Shown here: positions 37,282 through 42,560 of the stretch, piece after piece | How positions within the stretch are numbered: position 1 is the stretch's first letter | How the letters are laid out: each line of letters opens with the position of its first letter | Virus record (IMG/VR): IMGVR_UViG_3300030330_000262 | Coordinates: 1 to 42,560 of that record | Strand: one strand, 5' to 3' | DNA length: 42,560 bases | Source of the DNA: a virus | Taxonomy: Duplodnaviria; Caudoviricetes | The notes under the pieces: model-generated | Told to the model about the DNA's origin: nothing | Seen by the model: only the letters and a program-made list of their open reading frames with translations | The model's database searches: none | Position numbers and translations under genes: made by a program

Positions 37282-37791
37282 ATGAGTAATTTTGCGAAAA
37301 AAACAAAACAGAGGATCATTGATGGGTATCTGCAAGCTACTGGGCTAAACATTTACAAGCCAGATGAATTTGTTGATTGGTTAGCTGAACAGCCCGACCA
37401 TGAGGCGTATGATGCTTTTTATGGCATGGATGACAGTGTAGCGGCTCGTAACTGGCGCATCGATAAAGCGCGGCAGATGGCAAGCGGCTTACGGATTGTT
37501 GTTAAACAAGAGGATGTAACGCAGAGCGAAGTTATTTCGATTAAGGTCACTGAATATCCGGCCTACATTTCACCTGTTGCTACACGAAAGTCAGGCGGTG
37601 GTTATGAGCGGTTTGACCCTAAAGATGAAGCAGCGCAGCAAGAGTTAAGAAAACAGGCTGGAGTTTATTTAGCGGGATGGCTTGGTCGTTTTAGGGGCGC
37701 GGCTGAAAATGCTGGTTTAGACTTAACGTCAGTTGAATATATTGTTAGGGTTTTAAGAGACGATAAAGATGAGAAGCTAGAGGCTGGATAA
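37282..37791 (+). CDS. Hypothetical protein; candidate accessory of the RAMP/array system
   Basis: AAGGAG RBS directly after the last repeat; HEAYDAFYGMDDSVAARNWRIDKARQM motif. Confidence 0.75.
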   Translation: MSNFAKKTKQRIIDGYLQATGLNIYKPDEFVDWLAEQPDHEAYDAFYGMDDSVAARNWRIDKARQMASGLRIVVKQEDVTQSEVISIKVTEYPAYISPVATRKSGGGYERFDPKDEAAQQELRKQAGVYLAGWLGRFRGAAENAGLDLTSVEYIVRVLRDDKDEKLEAG

Positions 37792-37792
37792 A

Positions 37793-38071
37793 ATGCGCGG
37801 TGAAATAAACGTAGTTATGTTTTTTGCTGATAAAGAGGTGAAGAACATAAAAGCTTTTATCAAATTAAATGAAAACTTTGGTGATGAAGATATAATAGAT
37901 GAAATGTCTAATTTTATTGATTCTGTTATTAAACAGCACAGAGATAAATTTAGGATGGGCATAGCTACTCTAATGGTAGGTGGAGATGAACTTTTCCAGT
38001 TATCTTTCTCTAATAAACGAGGCAGAAGTTTATGGAACCTAACGATACCAGACGAAACAACAGTGCATTAA
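37793..38071 (+). CDS. Hypothetical protein
   Basis: 92 aa AT-rich ORF in the operon. Confidence 0.55.
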   Translation: MRGEINVVMFFADKEVKNIKAFIKLNENFGDEDIIDEMSNFIDSVIKQHRDKFRMGIATLMVGGDELFQLSFSNKRGRSLWNLTIPDETTVH

Positions 38072-38274
38072 AAGAAGTTGCAAATTGTTTTGAGAATATA
38101 GGCTGGGAAAAAAGGTTATGTGATTTACAGGAGCGAGAAGTTCTTGGGCTTATAGCCATCATACAAAAAGCGAGGGATCTAACAGATGACTATACAGAAC
38201 AGGGCGTTCTTGAATTTGAACAGAGTGTCACCCGTGTTGACGAACCCTTCTTTGACGACCCAATTCCATTCTGA
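38032..38274 (+). CDS. Hypothetical protein (DUF6511-like)
   Basis: IGWEKRLCDL motif; C-terminal DDPIPF; precedes the Cas4-like nuclease. Confidence 0.65.
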   Translation: MEPNDTRRNNSALKEVANCFENIGWEKRLCDLQEREVLGLIAIIQKARDLTDDYTEQGVLEFEQSVTRVDEPFFDDPIPF

Positions 38275-38977
38275 TGCCATCGAACTTATTTCCTACGAAA
38301 TAGACAGAGCCATCTGCGAAAAAAACGACACTCAACCACAGAGGACGTATTTAGGTGGCTCTTCTTTAGGCAGCCCGTGTTCACGACAAGTTCAGTATAG
38401 ATATATGCAAGTTAAACCAGATGAAGACAAAATGTTTTCAGCAAGAACTTTGCGTATTTTTGATATGGGTCACTTCATTGAGGACTTACTGGCTAAGTAT
38501 ATTAAAGAAGCAGGTTTTGATTTAAAGACACATGACTCTAATGGCAAACAGTTCGGGTTCTCTGTAGCAAATGAACAGATAAGGGGTCACATTGACGGCG
38601 TTATATGCTCTGGCCCTGTTACCATGTCATACCCAATGCTATGGGAGTGTAAGTCCGCTAACAGCAGGAAGTTTAATGAATTTGTTCGCAAGGGAGTTGC
38701 TGTTGCGAATCCTACTTATGCGGGGCAAATAGCACTGTATCAGGCATATATGGATTTATATGAAAACCCAGCCTTGTTTACTGTTTTAAACAAAGATACA
38801 AGTGAGATTTACTACGAGCTTGTTCCCTTTGACAGAGAGCTTGCCCAGAAGATTAGCGATAAAGGTGTAGAGATTTTAAAGGCAACAAAAGCAAATGAGA
38901 TGTTGCCGCGTGTGGCGGTTAATTCAGATTATTTTACTTGCAAATATTGTGAGTTTCGCCAGACTTGTTGGTCATAG
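38186..38977 (+). CDS. Cas4-like PD-(D/E)XK exonuclease with Fe-S cysteines
   Basis: GSPCSRQ...GHIDG...WECKS...QIALY...CKYCEFRQTC; true start may be the GTG/TTG at 38234/38237. Confidence 0.8.
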   Translation: MTIQNRAFLNLNRVSPVLTNPSLTTQFHSDAIELISYEIDRAICEKNDTQPQRTYLGGSSLGSPCSRQVQYRYMQVKPDEDKMFSARTLRIFDMGHFIEDLLAKYIKEAGFDLKTHDSNGKQFGFSVANEQIRGHIDGVICSGPVTMSYPMLWECKSANSRKFNEFVRKGVAVANPTYAGQIALYQAYMDLYENPALFTVLNKDTSEIYYELVPFDRELAQKISDKGVEILKATKANEMLPRVAVNSDYFTCKYCEFRQTCWS

Positions 38978-39075
38978 AAAAAGGGGCCGCCAGTTAATAC
39001 CTGAGCAGACCCCTTTAGTGTGAGAACGAAATCAGATGTTAAGGAAAACAAAAAACTGAGTTCAGGTACAATATA

Positions 39076-41250
39076 ATGAGTGTTTTACGTTTTGACAATA
39101 CTAAATATGGTAGCGCCCATGAATTAGTTCAGAAGATTAGCGATGAGGTTCCGCGTTCTGTTCAGATAAGCATTTTGCAGGAAACTTATCCTAACGGTAG
39201 GATTCGGGGTCATGATTTCTTTATCGGGTCACTGGCGGGTGAAGCTGGTGAAAGTTTAAAGATAGATATCAACCCCAGTAGTCCACATTTCATGCGTGGG
39301 CAGGACTTTAATGGCGGCGAGGGAATCGGCGGAATCGTTAAGATTTTGATGGAGGCCCGTGGTATGCGGCTGCCTGAAATCAAAGAAATGTTCGGGTCTT
39401 ATTTATCAGATGATGTCAGACCAGTTGTTAATGAACCATCTTGGCGTATGCCTAACGGGGGCATTGATTTAAATAGTTTGCCTGTTCAAGCAGAAGATCA
39501 AAAAGAAAAAGTTCGGATTGATGCTGCAACAGAACATAACGGTCAGTGGGACTATATCAGTCGGGACGGTGAGGTATTAGTAACTGTTCGCCGTTATGAT
39601 ATCGGTGGCAAGAAAGAGTTCCGTCCGTGGATTCCAGGCGTTAACTACCCAAAAGCTCCTGATGTTCGGCCTCTGTATAATATCCCGAACATTTTAGACC
39701 AGCAGCGGGTTGTCTGGGTAGAAGGCGAGAAGTGCGCCCAAGCTTTAATTGATGCTGGTATTACAGCTACATGCACACTGGGAGGTGCTGGTGCTTTAAC
39801 CAGAAAGAACGCAGATAAGTTTGATTTCACACCTCTTCGGGGCAAAGAATTAATTATATGGCCTGATAACGATGACGCGGGTAGAAGGCTTGCTGAAATT
39901 GTTCGGGAAGTGGCGCTCGATGCTGATGCTGACAGCGTTACTATACTACATCCGCCTGCTGGCAAGCCGCCCAAATGGGATGCTGCTGATGCGATAGCAG
40001 AGGGTTTGGACATAGATGAGTTTATCAACAACGGTGTTGGGCATACGCACAAAGCTATTAATCTTCTTAACGATAGCCTTCTTATATCTAGGTTTACAGG
40101 TAGTGCGCCTGTTCAAAACTTCTTAATTGACGGGACTTTTCCGTTGGGTGTGCCAATCATATTCGCTGCCGCAGGTGACGCAGGTAAGGGCATGATGACC
40201 CTTGATCTATCTATGAAGGTGGCATCTGGAAAGCCGTTGCAGAACGCTTTCGGGGGTACAGTAAAAGAGTTCGGGGATGTGGTTATCTTCACTGCTGAAG
40301 ATGATGAGGCGGAGATGCACAGACGTATTGAGAGATTGGATGAAGCAGGCGAGAGGTTTGATTACCCGAACAAATTACATGTTGTGCCGCTGCCAAATGT
40401 CGGTGGCGTGTTTCCTATCTTACGCGATAACATGGGTGATTACTCAGAAACAGATGAGTTTAAAAAGATTTACGAACAAATTTTACAGCTTAGTAATTTA
40501 AAGCTTATTGTATTTGACCCGTTGGCATCTTTCGTTCATGCGGATGTAAATGCTGATCCTGCCGCAGGTGCAGCTTTAACCGGATTACTGTCTAGGGTGG
40601 CAACAGAAACAGGTTCATCTGTTATTGTATGTCATCATATGACCAAGGTGCAGGGTGATAAGGTTATATCAAAGCCTGAAGAGGCTCGTAATTTGATTCG
40701 GGGTACGTCAGCTTTAGTTGATGGTGTTCGTTCTGCTTTTGCGCTATGGCAAGTAGATGAAAAGACTTCAGTTGGTCGATGCAACGACTTAGGGGTTACC
40801 TATGAGCGTAATCGGTGTTTTGATGGTGCTGTTGTTAAATCTAATGGCCCTGCCAGCAGGCACATAAGACATTTTGTTCGGGATATGCTCACAGGTCTAC
40901 TTGAGGACAGGACCGAACAAATTAGAAACTTGGGCCAAAGCAATCAGGCACACTTACGCAAAGATGCGATGTTTAACTGGATTGCTGACTGTGAACGTAA
41001 CGGTCGGGCTTTGTGTCAGCAGGGTGGAGCAGATGGCATAATAAACAGGCTCACCGACCCAGAAACACCAGAGATATTAAGAGGTCTAGGTCAATCGACC
41101 ATAGACAGAATTGTTCGGGATTTAATCAACGAGCGGCGTGTTGAGAAGTATTCGTTCAGCACGGCTGGTGGTCGCAAGTGGCTTGGAACTACAAACGGCG
41201 TGATGAGTCGGGGTGAATATGAAGCGGTTACAGCGAGGGATAATGTATAA
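39076..41250 (+). CDS. Primase-helicase (TOPRIM + AAA_25/RepA-like helicase)
   Basis: VWVEGEKCA, IWPDNDDAG and WDAAD (TOPRIM); AAAGDAGKG Walker A, LIVFDP Walker B, HHMTK, RGTSAL. Confidence 0.85.
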   Translation: MSVLRFDNTKYGSAHELVQKISDEVPRSVQISILQETYPNGRIRGHDFFIGSLAGEAGESLKIDINPSSPHFMRGQDFNGGEGIGGIVKILMEARGMRLPEIKEMFGSYLSDDVRPVVNEPSWRMPNGGIDLNSLPVQAEDQKEKVRIDAATEHNGQWDYISRDGEVLVTVRRYDIGGKKEFRPWIPGVNYPKAPDVRPLYNIPNILDQQRVVWVEGEKCAQALIDAGITATCTLGGAGALTRKNADKFDFTPLRGKELIIWPDNDDAGRRLAEIVREVALDADADSVTILHPPAGKPPKWDAADAIAEGLDIDEFINNGVGHTHKAINLLNDSLLISRFTGSAPVQNFLIDGTFPLGVPIIFAAAGDAGKGMMTLDLSMKVASGKPLQNAFGGTVKEFGDVVIFTAEDDEAEMHRRIERLDEAGERFDYPNKLHVVPLPNVGGVFPILRDNMGDYSETDEFKKIYEQILQLSNLKLIVFDPLASFVHADVNADPAAGAALTGLLSRVATETGSSVIVCHHMTKVQGDKVISKPEEARNLIRGTSALVDGVRSAFALWQVDEKTSVGRCNDLGVTYERNRCFDGAVVKSNGPASRHIRHFVRDMLTGLLEDRTEQIRNLGQSNQAHLRKDAMFNWIADCERNGRALCQQGGADGIINRLTDPETPEILRGLGQSTIDRIVRDLINERRVEKYSFSTAGGRKWLGTTNGVMSRGEYEAVTARDNV

Positions 41251-41514
41251 ATGAACAGAAAAGAGATACTGAAAGACGCTAACAACAAGATTAGCCAGGA
41301 AAGAGCAGCGGAATATGGGGATGCTTTTCAAACACATGTTCGGGTTGCGAAGATGTGGTCGGCTATACTCGGACATGAAGTAACGGTCCCGCAGGTGTAT
41401 CAGTGTATGATTGCCGTTAAGTTAGGTCGATTGAGTTTCTCGCCAGAGCATATTGATTCATGGGTGGACATTGCGGGTTACGCAGCTTTAGGAGGAGAAG
41501 CGCCGCAGAAATAA
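41251..41514 (+). CDS. DUF6378-like phage protein
   Basis: R..EYGD....HVRVAKMWS...VKLGR...HIDSWVDIAGYAALG. Confidence 0.75.
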   Translation: MNRKEILKDANNKISQERAAEYGDAFQTHVRVAKMWSAILGHEVTVPQVYQCMIAVKLGRLSFSPEHIDSWVDIAGYAALGGEAPQK

Positions 41515-41515
41515 A

Positions 41516-41560
41516 AAAGCAGACAAGTTGTTCGGGGTTGCCCGCTTGCCTGCTTTCTTT
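41516..41560 (+). terminator. Possible terminator hairpin
   Basis: AAAGCAGACAAG(41516-27)/CTTGCCTGCTTT(41545-56) followed by CTTT. Confidence 0.4.
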
Positions 41561-41647
41561 CATGGTGACTATATATTGTAAACCGCGCTGTTTTACAAAA
41601 CGCGGCTACGGTCTACCCGAACAATTCGGGCAGAAGGATAGAATAAC

Positions 41648-41866
41648 ATGAGCAGCAAGACAGAAAAACAAAAAAAGCAGGAACAAGAATATAAAAAATG
41701 GAAGCGCAGCCAGGGCAAACCCGAAGAATTGTTCGGATCTAAACCCGCGCAGCCTGGAAGAAAAAACTTGTTCGAGAGAAAATGTTCGGTTTGTGGCAGC
41801 TCGCAGGCCTGGAGATCATCAGACTTTGGGAGAACGTGGCAATGTTTCGCGCACGCAAAAGATTGA
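41648..41866 (+). CDS. Small protein with C-terminal Zn-binding motif
   Basis: CSVC...WQCFAH. Confidence 0.55.
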   Translation: MSSKTEKQKKQEQEYKKWKRSQGKPEELFGSKPAQPGRKNLFERKCSVCGSSQAWRSSDFGRTWQCFAHAKD

Positions 41867-41994
41867 AGCGTTGGTTTGATTTTAATCGACTGAGAAACAA
41901 GAGGCGAATCTTTAAGTATAAGTCGCCTGTAGTTAAATTTTAAATTTTTTATTTTTTTACTCGCCAGAAGATCAATTCTGGTTATGGGTTGTGA

Positions 41995-42065
41995 TATACT
42001 AAGTATAATAATAATGAGAAATGTTTTTCCAAAATTTACCCGTTAAATATTTCTCATGTTATAAT
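41995..42065 (+). promoter_or_regulatory. AT-rich promoter region with inverted repeat
   Basis: TATACT 41995, TATAAT 42004 and 42060; ATGAGAAAT(42014-22)/ATTTCTCAT(42049-57). Confidence 0.45.
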
Positions 42066-42109
42066 ACTAAAGTAGAGAACGAACGCTCATAGAGCAGAAA
42101 GATAAAAAA

Positions 42110-42560
42110 ATGATTAACTTAGTTCAATTACAGCCAGAATATCGTTTTGACACTAAAGATATGGATCCGTATTGCGATATGGATTTAGAGGAATGCGGCT
42201 GGCATGTCAGAAAAGAGATCAAAACAATTATCGAAAAATGGCAAGTGCAGCCGAATCCAGAACGTGATGCAAAAGGTAAAGTGCCACGCGACAGACAAAC
42301 TCCTTACTGGTGTTCTTACAGAGATGTATTTATCCGTAATGGTTTTCAGGCTGACGACATTGCAATTTTACAGCATGAGGTAAACCAAGCTTTGGGGAGA
42401 CGCATCGGAGAAAAGAGAGATGCTATCAAAGAATTAGAGAAAATGCCGCAAGTGGATAATTTAAATTGCATCATTGCATCACCGCCAAAGGTGATTAGGT
42501 TTCTTGAAGAACTTATGGAACAGCTTGAGCGTGACCAAGATTATGTTAATCAACATCTGG
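42110..42560 (+). CDS. Hypothetical protein, 3'-truncated by the window edge
   Basis: MINLVQLQPEYRFDTKDMDPYCDMD... open to the window end. Confidence 0.65.
   Translation, partial: MINLVQLQPEYRFDTKDMDPYCDMDLEECGWHVRKEIKTIIEKWQVQPNPERDAKGKVPRDRQTPYWCSYRDVFIRNGFQADDIAILQHEVNQALGRRIGEKRDAIKELEKMPQVDNLNCIIASPPKVIRFLEELMEQLERDQDYVNQHL

Noticed and set aside
37117-37335. Minus-strand 72-aa ORF over the array
   Set aside because: It is a Pro-rich shadow of the G-rich repeat, has no RBS and is antisense to the operon; a 5-nt period is incompatible with coding.
38980-39016. AAAGGGG...CCCCTTT stem as a terminator
   Set aside because: The interior is long and imperfect and the U-tract is short; support is insufficient.
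1-42560. Terminase, integrase, DNA polymerase, tRNAs, reverse transcriptase/DGR
   Set aside because: No supporting motifs were seen in this window; some probably lie outside it.

Overview
This window is most of a tailed dsDNA phage genome. It has a P22/podovirus-like morphogenesis module whose gene order resembles uncultured marine phages; a marine alphaproteobacterial host is inferred, not shown. Bases 1-32.5 kb are one + strand late block: portal, small membrane/holin genes, GroES, scaffold, cement protein and major capsid protein, a cluster of about 8 tiny Lys/Arg-rich proteins, tail adaptors and fibres (including cupredoxin-like and LamG/SPRY domains), a split gp10-like tail hub gene, ejection proteins and a GH24 lysozyme. 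A short - strand operon follows (RHH regulator, amino-methyltransferase, AT-hook peptide, Zn-finger protein). Then comes a + strand replication/recombination block: DUF1064 nuclease, Sak4-like ATPase, SSB, Cas4-like nuclease and a primase-helicase. The standout is embedded in that block. A stand-alone Cas7/RAMP-like gene (36081-36839) is followed directly by a non-coding array (about 36873-37260) of GGCGGTT-delimited units, each built from 5-nt G(G/T)Y-NN modules with a fixed scaffold triplet and a variable dinucleotide, and then by a candidate accessory gene. This looks like a compact phage-encoded, non-CRISPR RNA-guided system. Other oddities are a pseudoknot-capable RNA upstream of the RAMP gene and a strong local enrichment of TGTTCGG in and after the primase-helicase gene. 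All family calls come from motif recognition by eye; no database searches were run.
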